64,000 bases of DNA, taken from NCBI GenBank assembly GCA_052327205.1, contig CM126208.1, forward strand, positions 200,694,001 to 200,758,000, in the 5' to 3' direction. A model generated the notes under the pieces. That model ran no database searches. It worked only from the letters and a program-made list of their open reading frames with translations, and had not been told where the DNA came from. The stretch is from Somniosus microcephalus (lineage: Eukaryota). Every line of letters begins with the position of its first letter. The stretch's first letter is position 1. Below, piece by piece: positions 37,795 through 50,426 of the stretch. The position numbers were made by a program, and so were the translations under genes.

Positions 37795-37937
37795 AGACAA
37801 CCATGGTACCCAAGCCTTCACCTGTCTAGTCATCCTAGCCCTTCAACTAATGATGGCATTAGCAACTGATGATAAATAAAGGCATCATGATTGTCAGTAG
37901 CAGGTATAATTCTCTACCCACAGACCAAATACACATT

Positions 37938-38545
37938 GGGCCGGATATTCCGACCTCCACGGGTGCGTACGCTCCCGTAGGGGCCTCGCAAGTGCTGGTT
38001 TCAGGCATGCAAAGCTCATGCACTAAAACTCGGCCCGCTGAAAACCTTTAATAATCTTACGCCTGGTAAAAGCAGGCGTAAGGCCTGCTTTTACCAGCAT
38101 AAGAGTTAAAAAAAAAATTCCCCACTTTTATAATTTAAAAATACTTTTAAAAAAGGGAAGTTTATTTTTAGCCTCGTAAAAAAAAATTCAAAAAATTAAA
38201 TTGTTTAAAATATTTAATAATGTAATTTCAACTAATTTTAAACACCTGATTTAAAAAAAATATTTAATGTTTAACTTGAGTGAACCCCATTCATACTTTT
38301 GACAGATCTATGCGTAGAGAATTGTCAAAAGTGTGCAGGGGGATTCCCTTCTTTGATTGATTCCCCATGCCCACGTGATCCCAGGGACACTTGCGAACCA
38401 CATGCGCCCTGGGATACCTGGGCCTCTGTGCGAGAGGCCCAGGATTGGAAGTCTTGGGACCTACGGAGCCAGCAGGTAAGTGCGTAGATTTTTCCCAATC
38501 GGAGGCATCCGCATACAGGAAGCCTCCAATTGGAAAATCCGGCCC
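37938..38545. mobile_element. PIF/Harbinger MITE
   Basis: TIRs GGGCCGGATATTCC / GGAAAATCCGGCCC (13 of 14 match) and an att 3-bp TSD. Confidence 0.88.
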
Positions 38546-39618
38546 ATTAATGGAATGGTCACCCTTTCTGTTTATGAAGAGGGGGTTAGAGGCCCATATG
38601 GCCACATGTGTACCATTAATAATACACTACATTTTGGAGAAACATGCCATATGGGCTGTCCCATGTTGCTCGCTGGTATCCATAAAAAAAATGAAGTTCA
38701 CTGGCAAACAAGGCATCTGCTTGATTCTTTGGTGCACTATTGATTTTAAGATATGGCAGATATTCCCTGCTGCAATCTCCATATCCTATCCATCACCACG
38801 AATACTTACTTTCCTCAATCTAACCTACCACTGCAATCTTTTTCCACCTTGCATCTCTCTTACGTCTTCTGGCTCTGGCCTGCTGTGTATCCCACCGCCC
38901 TCTGTTGAACCTTTGATGGCAGAGCCATTAGCTACCTCATCCTTGCGCCTCTCTGCTTCCCTCCTGTCTCTCCATCGTTATTTTTTTTTTCAAACAGATC
39001 ATTTTGACCACATTTTTGGCCACCACTCCTAACCCCACGACAAAGGTTCAGTATTCACTCCTAATTTCCTCTGTGGTGTACTTTAGTACAATTTTCTATG
39101 TTAAAGATGTCTGCTATTTTCCCATTTTCTACAAGTCCACTTTTGATTTGTTCTACTTTTTTTTTTAAAGTCCCCTTTGCTATAAATATTCAGTTTCACT
39201 GCCTCAAACCCCTGTAGGTAAGCTTTCGATCACTGTCTTCCAGAGTGCTTCCAGTGGCCCAAACTAACTGGTAAAATTGTAGCATGCTCAGGGATGGAAC
39301 AGAGAATCCTCTTCACTTGATTTTGGCTTACTGTTTTTAATCATGGGCCTCAAGTGATGTTCCTTGACTTTGGAAGGTGACAGAATACTACACTAGACCA
39401 TTTATTAGACAGTAATAGAATACATGAACAGTAGCAATGACAATATAGACTTTACTAGTTATTAAACTTTTCCTTTTCTGTCCACAGAAGCTATCACACC
39501 CTGGAGGCTTCAGGCTATTTTCCAATTGAATCGGTCAAACTAAGAAATACTTTTGAGAAACTGATTGGGACCAAACCAAATTAAACAACTGCCTGTTCAA
39601 TTCAAAAAAGTTGTCAAA

Positions 39619-42600
39619 CATAGAAATTTACAGCCCAGGAGGCGTCCATTCGGCCCATCTTGTCCGTGCCAGTCAACAAAGAGCTATCCACCCTAATCCC
39701 ACTTTCCAGCACTTGGTCCGTAGCCTTGTAGGTTACGGCACTTCAAGTGCATATCCAAATACTTTTTAAATGTGACGAGGGTCTCTGCCTCTACCACCCT
39801 TTCAGGCAGCACGTTCCAGACCCCCATCACCCTCTGGGTGAAAACATTTATCCTCAAATCCCCTCTAAACTTCCAACCAATTACTCTAAATCTAAGCCCT
39901 CTGGGTTATTGACCCTTCTGCTGAGGGAAACAGTTCCTTCCTATCCACTCTAGCTAGGCCCATCATAATTTTATACACCTCAACTGGGTCTCCCCTCAGC
40001 CTCCTCTGTTCCAAAGAAAACCCCAGCCTCTCCAATCTTTCCTCATAGCTAAAATTCTCCAGTCCAGGCAACATCCTCGTAAGTCTCTTCTGTACCCTCT
40101 CGAGTGCAATCACATCCTTCCTGTAATGTGGTGACCAGAACTGCACGCAGTATTCTAGCTGAGGCCTAACTAGCGGTTTATACAGTTCAAGCATAACCTC
40201 CCTGCTCTTATATTTATGCCTCGCCTAATAAAGGCAAATATCCTTTTTGCCGCCTTAACCACCTTATCTACCTGTCCTGCTACCTTCAGGGATCTGTGGA
40301 CATGCACTCCCAAGGTCCCTCTGCACTTCTCCATGTCCTACCATTTATCGTGTATTGCCTTGCCTTGTTAGCCCTCCCCAAATATATGACCTCGCACTTG
40401 TCCAGATTGAATTCCATTTGCCCACCTGACCAGTCCATTGATATCTTCCTGCAGTCTGTAGCTTCATTATCCACCGCACAGCCAATTTTTGTATCATCTG
40501 CAAACTTCTGAATCATACCTCCTACATTCACGTCTAAATCATTGAGATATATATCACAAAAAGCAAGGGACCTAGTACTGAGTCGTGCGGAACCCACTGG
40601 AGACAGCCTTCCAGTCACAGAAATACCCATCAACCATAACCCTTTGCTTCCTACTTCTGAGCCAATTTTGGATCCAACTTGGGACTTTGCCTTGGATCCC
40701 ATGGGCTTTTACTTTCGTGACCAGTCTGCCATGTGGGACTTTATCAAACGCCTTGCTAAAATCCATATACACGACATCAAACGCAATACCCTCACCAACC
40801 CTCCTTGTTACCGCCTCAAAATATTCAATCAAGTTAATCAGACACGACCTCCCTTTAACAAATCCATGCTGACTGTCCTTGATTAATCCGTGTCTTTCTA
40901 AATGAAGATTTATCCTGTCCCTCAGAAATGTTTCCAATAATTTTCCCACCACCGAGGTTAGGCTGACTGGCCTGTAATTACTCAGTTTATTCCTTTGTCC
41001 CTTTTTAAACAATGGTACCACATTAGCAGTCCTCTGGCACCACACCTGTAGCCAGAGAGGATTGGAAGATGATGGTCAGAGCCTCTGCTATTTCCTCTCT
41101 TACTTCCCTTAACAGTCTGGGATACATTTCATCTGGGCCTAGAGATTTATCCACTTTCAAAGATGCTAAACCCCTTAATACTTACTTTCTCACTATGTTT
41201 ATTTAATCTACTGTAATATTTCACACCCCTCCTCCGATTGCAATGTCTGCATTGTCTCTCTCTTTTGTGAACACAGTCGCAAAGTATTCATTGAGGACCA
41301 TACCCATGTCTTCTGCCTCCATACACAGATTACCTTCATGGTCTCTAATAGGCCCTACTCTTTCTTTAGTTATCCTCTTGCTCTTAATGTATTTATAAAA
41401 CATCTTTGGGTTTTCCTTGATTTTACCTGCCAATATTTTTTCATGCTCTCTCTTTGCTTTCCTAATTTCCTTTTTAATTTCACCCCTGCACTTTCTATAC
41501 TCCTCTAGGTTTTCTATGGTTTTGAGCACTCAGTAACCGTCATAAGCCTCCCTTTTTTCCTTTATCCTACCCTGTATGCCCCTTGACATCCAGGGGGCTC
41601 TGGATTTGTTAGTCCCACCCTTTTTCTTTAAGGAAACATACTTGTGCTGAGCCCTCAATAACTCCTCCTGGAATGCCTCCCACTGCTCTGACACTGATTT
41701 ACCTTCAAGTAGCTGCTTCCAGTCCACTTTGGCTAAATCACCTCTCAGCTTAGTAAAATTTGGTTTTCCCCAGTTGAGAACTTTTATTCCTGGTCTTTGT
41801 CCTTTTCCATAACTACCCTAAATCTAACTGAATTATGATCACTACTCCCACTGATACCCCTTCCACCTGCCCAGCTTCATTTCCTAAAATTAAGTCCAGA
41901 ACTGCCCGCCCCCCCCGCCAACTTGTTGGGCTTGCCACGTACTGGCGAAAAAAGTTCTCCTGAATGCATTTTAGGAATTTTGCACCCTCTATACCCTTCA
42001 CACTAATTTTATCCCAGTTAATATTGGGGTAATTGAAATCCCCTACTATTGCTGCCCTATAGTTTTTGCACTTCACAGAAATTTGCCTAAATATTTGCTC
42101 TTCTATCGCCCTCTGACTGTTTGGAGGTCTGTAATACACTCCCAGTAGTGTGTTTGTCCCTTTTTTATTCTTCAGTTCAACCCATATGGCCTCATTGGAT
42201 GATCCTTCTAAGATATCATCCCTCCTCACAGCTTTAATTGTTTCTTTAATCAAGACTGCGACCCCTCCTTTTTTATCCCCCTCTCTATCTCGTCTGAAAA
42301 CCCTGTGACCAGGAATGTTGAGCTGCCAATCCTGCCCTTCTTTCAGCCATGTCTCAGTAATAACAACTATAATATCATACTCCCATGTGTCTATCTGTGC
42401 CCTCAGCTCATCTGCCTTATTCCCTATACTCCTTGCATTGAAGTATATACCACTTAGCACTGCCAAACTCCCTCGTGTCTATTTTCCAGCCTTTGTTTCC
42501 TCTGCCTTCCAGACTTGCTTACTAATTTTTTGCCCTCCAATTTCAGCTTTGCTCCTCTCCCTTCTGAAACTACACTCAGGTTCCCATCCCCCTGCCAAGC

Positions 42601-43574
42601 TAGTTTAAACCCTCCCTAACAGCACTAGCAAGCCTCCCCCCCACCCCCCACCGCGAGAATATTGGTCCCGGCCCTGTTGAGGTGAAGTCCGTCCGGCTTG
42701 TACAGGTCCCACCTCCCCCAGAAACAGTCCCAATGCCTCAGGAATCTAAAACCCTCCCTCCTGCACCATCTCTCCAGCCATGCATTCATCTGCTCTATCC
42801 TCCTATTTCTATAAATAATCACTAGTGTGTGGCACTGGGAGCAATCCGGAGATTACTACCTTTGAGGTCATGCTTTTTAATCTCTTTCCTAGCTCCCTAA
42901 AATCTGCCCGCAGGACCTCATCCCTTTCTTCCTATGTCATTGGTGCTGATATGGACCATGACCTCTGGCTGTTCACCCTCCCCCCTCAATGTCCTGCAAC
43001 CGCTCCGTGACATCCTTGACCCTGGCACCAGGGAGGTGACATACCATCCTTGAATCACGTCTGCAGTCGCAGAAACGCCGGTCTGCTCCCCTAACTATCA
43101 AATCCCCTATCACTATTGCTCTCCAACTCTTCTTCCTCCCACCCTGTGCAGCTGAGCCACCCATAGTGCTGTGGACTTGGCTCTGGCTGCACTCCCCAGA
43201 GGAACCATCGCCTGCACCAGTACTCGGAACAGAATACTGGTTGGAGAGTGAGATGCACTCAGAGGACCCCTGCCCTACCTGCCTGGTTCTCTGCTGTTTG
43301 GCGGTCACCCATTCCCTCTTTGCCTGCACACTCTTAAGCTGCGGAGTGACCACCTCATGAAACGTGCTATCCACGAAGTTCTCAGCCTCGCGGATGCACA
43401 TTTCTGACTCCAGATGCCGCTCAAGCTCCGAAACCTGGAGCTAGAGTTGCTGCAGTTGGCGACACTTCCCGCACACGTGGTCGTCCAGGCCGCAAGAAGA
43501 GTCCAGGATTTCTCAAATGGCACAGGATGTTCATTCCACGGGACTGAGCTGCCCTGTCATGCCTCTATATAATA
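39619..43574 (-). mobile_element. Near full-length degenerate CR1 (ORF1 esterase and ORF2 APE/RT); its 5' UTR is split off by a Helitron
   Basis: ORF1 pieces at 42625-43523 (IGDLIVRG, LPGARV, DGLHLN), APE at 41813-42466, RT pieces at 39892-41045. Confidence 0.9.
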
Positions 43575-43630
43575 CTAGCTGGAGTGCCCAGCGGTGCCGA
43601 GGCTTTTTCGAGGGCATGTTGTTGTTGGAA

Positions 43631-44228
43631 GGGGGGGAGCCGAGCGCGGGCGACTGGGGGGGAGCCGAGCGCGGGCGACTGGGGGGGAGCCGAGCGCGGG
43701 CGACTGGGGGGGAGCCGAGCGCGGGCGACTGGGGGGGGAGCCGAGCGCGGGCGACTGGGGGGGGAGCCGAGCGCGGGCGACTGGGGGGGGAGCCGAGCGC
43801 GGGCGACTGGGGGGGGAGCCGAGCGCGGGCGACTGGGGGGGGAGCCGAGCGCGGGCGACTGGGGGGGGAGCCGAGCGCGGGCGACTGGGGGGGGAGCCGA
43901 GCGCGGGCGACTGGGGGGGGAGCCGAGCGCGGGCGACTGGGGGGGGAGCCGAGCGCGGGCGACTGGGGGGGGAGCCGAGCGCGGGCGACTGGGGGGGGGG
44001 AGCCGAGCGCGGGCGACTGGGGGGGGGAGCCGAGCGCGGGCGACTGGGGGGGGAGCCGAGCGCGGGCGACTGGGGGGGGAGCCGAGCGTGGGCGACTGGG
44101 GGGGGAGCCGAGCGCGGGCGACTGGGGGGGGAGCCGAGCGCGGGCGACTGGGGGGGGAGGCGAGCGCGGGCGACTGGGGGGGGAGGCGAGCGCGGGCGAC
44201 TGGGGGGAGGCGAGCGAGCGACTGGGGA
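43631..44228. repeat. Minisatellite, about 25-bp unit (GGGGGGGAGCCGAGCGCGGGCGACT)n
   Basis: Tandem array read directly from the sequence; CpG-rich. Confidence 0.95.
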
Positions 44229-45480
44229 GGGGGGGGAAGGGAGAAAGGGAGGGGGGGGAGAAAGGGAGCGGGGAGCCAGCGGATCCTCTCCCCTCTGCCG
44301 GCGATGGCTCCGCAGAGCTCCGTGCCGCCCCACGCACTGACATGGCCCAGCCGAGCGCAGCGCCCGTCAGCCTGAGCCCCGCCCTCCCGAGCCCCGGCTT
44401 CAAGACCGCCGTTTGCGGCTGGGCCTGCGCTGGAGCCAAGCCCTGCCAACGGGCGTGAGCTGGCTAGAGGCTGAGAGGGGACCGGGCCCGGTTGCCGGGG
44501 TAACCCTTCCCCCCACCCCTTCCCACTCTCCCTAGCACCGGCCCCCCGAGCCCCGCCCTCCCGAGCACCGGCCCCCCCGCCCGAGCCGCGGTTGGGGGGG
44601 GGGGGGGGAAAAGGAGAGAGCGCGCCGCCGCCCGTCCGGTCGATGTGTTGCGGGCCGACCCCCGATGAGTGCCCGATCAGCTGAGTCCGAGCCCCGCGGT
44701 GACCGCAACTCACCTCCCGCTAGGCTCCCTCCCGCGCCGCCAGCCTTTACCAAAATGGCGGCTATGGCTACGCTCGGCCCAGTCCCGCGCCGCCAGCCTT
44801 TACTAAGATGGCGGCGATCGCGGGGCGGGCCCAGCGGGATGGGCGGTGCCTAGCTCGGGCGTGGCTGGGCAACAGAGGCCCAGGCTTCCAGGCCTGCAAA
44901 AACGGCGAAAGGTAGGAAAATTATAGAGGTTAGAGAAAAGATTGACAAATTAATTAACTTTTTTAAAAAACAATGTGTGTTTTAAAAGCAACTTTATTTT
45001 TGCTGGAAATCTAGATTTGAAAAGAAACACGCAGAAAGTGGGAAAAAAAAACTTACGAATCAAGATGGCTGACACTCACCTCAGTTCAGAATGATAAGGC
45101 CCGCCCACACCCATTGGTCAACCGCCAGGTCACTGAACTATAGGATTGGTCAATCATCACGTCACTGAACTCTAGGATGGCCTGCCCGCACGCACAATGA
45201 ACCCACCCCCACTTGATGCTAATGAGCGGATAATGAGCGGAATTTAGAAAGTTTTTTGGATACCGTCGGCACAATTTTTTTCCGACCAAAAAGTAAATAC
45301 GCCTACAAGAGTCCCCTAATGATGAGCTTTCTTTTGATATAACATATGTGTAGGTACGCTCTATAACTTTTGATTGTATAACCGGACAGACAGACAGAGA
45401 GAGAGACATACTGTTTTATATATACTAGCTGAAGTGCCCGGCGGTGCCGAGGGATTTTTGAGGGCATGTTGTTGTTGGAA

Positions 45481-47512
45481 GAGAAAGGGAGAGCGAGAGT
45501 CTGGGGGAAGAGAGAGAGCGAGAGTCTGGGGGGGAAGAGAGAGCGCGCGCAAGAGTCTGGGGGGGGGGGAAAGAGAGAGCGCGAGAGTCTGGGGTGGAAG
45601 AGAGAGCGCGAGAGTCTGAGGGGGAAGAGAGAGCGAGAGTCTGGGGGGAAGAGAGAGCGAGAGTCTGGGGAGGAGGGAGAGAGAGAGCGAGAGTCTGGGG
45701 GGAGAAGAGACAGAGAGAGCGAGAGTCTGGGGGGAGAAGAGACAGAGAGAGCGAGAGTCTGGGGGGAGAAGAGACAGAGAGCGCGAGCGTCTGGGGGGAG
45801 AAGAGACAGAGAGAGCGAGAGTCTGGGGAGAGAAGAGACAGAGAGAGCGGGAGTGCGAGAGCCTGGGGGGGAAGAAAGAGAGCGAGAGTCTGTGGGGGAA
45901 GACAGAGCGCGAGAGTCGGGGGTGGGGGGGAAGAGAGAGAGCGAGAGTCTGGGGGGGGGGGAAAGAGAGAGAGCGAGAGTCTGGGGGGGAAGAGAGAGAG
46001 CGAGAGTCTGGGGGGGAAGAGAGAGAGCGAGAGTCTGGGGGGGAAGAGAGAGAGCGAGAGTCTGGGGGGGAAGAGAGAGAGCGAGAGTCTGGGGGGGAAG
46101 AGAGAGAGCGAGAGTCTGGGGGGGAAGAGAGAGAGCGAGAGTCTGGGGGGGAAGAGAGAGAGCGAGAGTCTGGGGGGGAAGAGAGAGAGCGAGAGTCTGG
46201 GGGGGAAGAGAGAGAGCGAGAGTCTGGGGGGGAAGAGAGAGAGCGAGAGTCGGGGGGGAAGAGAGAGAGCGAGAGTCTGGGGGGGAAGAGAGAGAGCGAG
46301 AGTCTGGGGGGGGGAAGAGAGAGAGCGAGAGTCTAGGGGGGAAGAGAGAGAGCGAGAGTCTGGGGGGGGAAGAGAGAGAGCGAGAGTCTGGGGGGGAAGA
46401 GAGAGAGCGAGAGTCTGGGGGGGAAGAGAGAGAGCGAGAGTCTGGGGGGGAAGAGAGAGAGCGAGAGTCTGGGGGGAAGAGAGAGAGCGAGAGTCTGGGG
46501 GGGAAGAGAGAGAGCGAGAGTCTGGGGGGGGAAGAGAGAGAGCGAGAGTCTGGGGGGAAGAGAGAGAGCGAGAGTCTGGGGGGGAAGAGAGAGAGCGAGA
46601 GTCTGGGGGGGAAGAGAGAGAGCGAGAGTCTGGGGGGGAAGAGAGAGAGCGAGAGTCTGGGGGGGAAGAGAGAGAGCGAGAGTCTGGGGGGGAAGAGAGA
46701 GAGCGAGAGTCTGGGGGGGAAGAGAGAGAGCGAGAGTCTGGGGGGGAAGAGAGAGAACGAGAGTCTGGGGGGGAAGAGAGAGAGCGAGAGTCTGGGGGGG
46801 AAGAGAGAGAGCGAGAGTCTGGGGGGGAAGAGAGAGAGCGAGAGTCTGGGGGGGAAGAGAGAGAGCGAGAGTCTGGGGGGGAAGAGAGAGAGCGAGAGTC
46901 TTGGGAGGGAAGAGAGAGAGCGAGAGTCTGGGGGGGAAGAGAGAGAGCGAGAGTCGGGGGGGAAGAGAGAGAGCGAGAGTCTGGGGGGAAGAGAGAGCGC
47001 GAGAGTCTGGGGGGGGAAGAGAGAGAGCGCGAGAGTCTGGGGGGAAGAGAGAGAGCGCGAGAGTCTGGGGGGGGGAAGAGAGAGAGCGCGAGAGTCTGGG
47101 GGGGAAGAGAGAGAGCGCGAGAGTCTGGGGGGGAAGAGAGAGAGCGCGAGAGTCTGGGGGGGAAGAGAGCGAGAGTCTGGGGAGAAGGGGAAGAGAGCGA
47201 GAGTCTGGGGAGAAGGGACAGAGAGAGCGAGAGTCTGGGGGGAGAAGAGACAGAGAGCGAGAGTCTGGGGGGAGAAGAGACAGAGAGAGCGAGAGTCTGG
47301 GGGGAGAAGAGACAGAGAGCGAGAATCTGGGGGGAGAAGAAACAGAGAGCTAGAGTCTGGGGGGGAGAAGAGAGAGAGAGAGCGAGAGTCTGGGGAGAGA
47401 AGAGACAGAGAGAGCGAGAGTCTGGGGGGAGAAGAGACAGAGAGAGCGAGAGACTGGGGGGGAAGAGACAGAGAGAGAGACTGGGGGGGGGAAGAGAGAG
47501 AGAGAGAGACTA
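45481..47512. repeat. Minisatellite, about 25-bp unit (GGGGGGGAAGAGAGAGAGCGAGAGTCT)n
   Basis: Tandem array of about 2 kb read directly from the sequence. Confidence 0.95.
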
Positions 47513-49286
47513 GGGGGAGAGGGGCGAGAGAGGGGAGGGAGGGGGGAGAGGAGGGAGAGGGGAGAGGAGGGAGGGAGGGGCAGAGGGGGGGAGAGGGGGG
47601 AGGGAGGGGGGCGAGAGGGGAGGGGGAGAGAGGGAGGGAGGGGGTGGAGGGAGGGAGGGGGTGGAGGGAGGGAGGGGAGGGGAGGAAGGGGGTGTGTGGG
47701 AGGGAGTGGGGGAGCCAGCAGACCCTATCACCTCTGCCAGTGTTGGTCCTTGTCTGGGCCGGAAGTCTGGGACTGGAGTTGCGCTGCCGGCCGTTGGAGA
47801 GGCCGAGGCCTTGGGCCCTTGCACTGACATGGCCCAGCCTACCTTTTAATACCTTGAAACATGAAACTTAAAGTACTTATAAAACATTTTTGGTAAATCT
47901 TTCTATAACATACACTTTACAACCTCACCAATCTTTTTATTAAAAAAGGGGGTCCTCACCTGTCACTGCTGTATCACAAACAACAATGGCCGCCGCTTGA
48001 TTTTCAGTTGGAAAGATTAGGCCCCGCCACACAGTCGATTGTCTCTCCCGGGCAGTCGGACCCGATTGGGAGCACTGAAGCCCCACCCACTGTATGTTCC
48101 TGTACTAAGATGGCCGCGCATGCACTCTGTGACACACTGAATCAAAATGGCGTCGCACTGAAACTTTTCGCCCTCCTTGACAAAGATGGCTGCCGTTAAC
48201 CTGGGGCTGTCAGCAGAAGAAATGCCCTCCGCTGCAAACACGGGATCTTCAGATAATTATTCCGGGCTTGCGACCTACCCCAGTTGCTTATGAAACCTCC
48301 CCACCTACCGACCCCGGGAATGGAGCTGAGGCAGCAGACCCTCTCCCCTCTGCCAGTGTTGGTCCCTGTCTAGGCCGGGAGCCTGGGACTGGAATTGCGC
48401 TGCTGGCGGTTGGAGAAGCCTAGGCCCCGAGCCCCTGCACTGACATGGCCCCGAGAAATAAATCACATACTGGACTCATTTATTACACGCAAATTATATA
48501 ATGAGCTAGTTGGGCTCCTAAGTACCAAATGTGTGCTGGATAAAATCCCCTCCACACACACAGAAAGTGGGAAAAATAAATCAATAGTTAGTAGTTAGGA
48601 ATCAAGATGGCGGCAGGACAGGAGGTGCCTAGCTCGGGCGTGGCTGGGCAACAGAGGCCCAGGCTTCGAGGCCTGGAAAAACGGTGAAAGGTAGGAAAAT
48701 TATAGAGGCTAGAGAAAAGATTTACAAATTAATTAACTTTTTTTAAAAACAAGGTGTGTTTTAAAAGCAACTTTTTTTTTGCTGGAAATGAAGATTTGAA
48801 AAGAAACACGCAGAAAGTGGGAAAAAGAAATGAACAGTTTGGAATCAAGATGGCGGCTACTCACCTCATTTCAGAATGATAAGGCCCGCCCACACATGCA
48901 CCGATTGGTCAACCGTCAGGTCACTGAAGTGTAGGATTGGTCAATCGTCCTGTCACTTGACTCTAGGACGGCCCGCCTGCACAACGCTACGAACCCGCCC
49001 CCGTGACGCGATTGGTCGACCGTCGGGTCGCTCGACTGTACAATTGGTCAACGTTGACGTCACTCAATGCTAATGAGCGGATAATGAGCGGAATTTTGAA
49101 CGTTTTTTGGATACCGTGGGCACAATTTTTGTCTCACCAAAACGTAAATACGCTTATGACCGTTCTGGAATCGTAAGCTTTCTTTTGATGTAACGCACGT
49201 GTAGGTACGCTCTATAACTTGAGTGTGTATAGCCGGACAGACAGACAGACAGAAGGACAGAAGTACCGCTTTTATATATAGATAGA

Positions 49287-49486
49287 TACTATGAACTACC
49301 TTGACAGAAATAGACTTAAAAAAACAATAAACTCACCAGCTACTCACCAATCAGCCCCCTTGTGCCGGCGTCACTTCTGAATTCTGACGTCACTTCTGAA
49401 TTCTGATGTTTTATGCTCCGCTCCTGGTATCTCCAATCAGGTTGGCGCCGTTTCGCCCACTGCTTTCTGCTCCATTCCAGGTGTCT
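49287..49486 (-). mobile_element. Probable 5' UTR of the CR1 at 39619-43574
   Basis: Rejoins ORF1 across the Helitron (...ttcatagta|tattatatagaggcATGACAGGG). Contains an ATTGG box and a duplicated cgtcacttctgaattctga. The outer end is approximate. Confidence 0.55.
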
Positions 49487-49564
49487 CCAAATTATTTGAA
49501 CAAATTCCAGAAAATGCTTGCATTTGAATCAAAAGGCCTCACTTGGCAACTTGACCGAGACAAA

Positions 49565-50426
49565 GGCCGCGATTTTTTCAATGGAGGCGGGTTGGGTGCG
49601 GGTCAGGTGGTTTCCGGCTTCCAGTTCTGCCCCCAACTGCATCTGGCCCACAGACGTGATTTTATGTTGAGTGACCTCGTTAAGCTTGCCCTGCGGGCTT
49701 GCCGGCCAATTAAGATGAAGCTGGTTAGATGACATAATTTGATGACGCATCATCTGCTGGTTTCTTAAAGGGACCACGCACAATTTTTTTTGACAGCTGA
49801 TTTCTCAGTGTTTGACAGCATTGAGCTGCTGCAAACACTGACAATCACTGTACAAAGGTGACCTCTTGCACTCAGGCTCTCCAATGACTCCCTCCATAGG
49901 CTGGAATAGATGGTAGCTGCAGGTGAGGTGACAGAAGCGATCTGTCACTGATGAGAGAGGTTCTCCCAATGAGGTGGCACTGGACATGGATTTCAAAACT
50001 TGTAACCTGAAGAAATGTGTAAATGTTTTAAAAATGCATTTCCCAACATTTTCTTACCTCTGAGACTCACCAGTGCAACATTGGATCCTTCACACCACTT
50101 CTGCAGCTGTCACCAATCCAGAAACATTACAGCAGACTCACAACATGCCACACTTACCTGGCGTGGTGTCCAGACGTTGGGAAACCCAAGCCAGAAGCGG
50201 CAAAATTCAGAAAGAGCCAGTTAACTACTAGCAACTACCTGTTAATAGGCAGGTAATTGCCTTTAATCCTCTTCCCGCCGCTTGGTGTCGGGTCCATGTG
50301 CATATCGGGGACCCGACACTTGGGGAAAATAATTTGGAAGCGGGTTGACAGCGGGATCGGAACCCGCCATCAATCAAAATGATTTTAACCTTTGACCCGC
50401 CTCCAAACGCCGGCAAAATCCAGCCC
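49565..50426. mobile_element. Harbinger-type MITE (degenerate TIRs)
   Basis: GGCCGCGATTTT...GGAGGCGGG at the left end and CCCGCCTCC...AAAATCCAGCCC at the right end, with aaa flanks. Confidence 0.55.

Larger units (their letters stand above)
43575..49286 (-). mobile_element. Non-autonomous Helitron, head-to-tail dimer (units 49286-45425 and 45424-43575)
   Basis: On the minus strand it begins A|TCTATCTATATATAAAAGCGGTACTTCTGTC. Internal and terminal hairpin plus CTAG at 45425-45428 and 43575-43578. Flanks rejoin at A|T in the CR1 5' region with no TSD. Homologous to 26301-29021. Confidence 0.88.

Noticed and set aside
43631-44228. Regularly spaced repeats of about 25 bp resembling a CRISPR array
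   Set aside because: There are no unique spacers or cas genes, and the context is a eukaryotic intron.
45466-47871. 801-aa and 639-aa ORFs rich in G/R/E/S
   Set aside because: They are translations of a stop-free minisatellite that is open in several frames, not genes.
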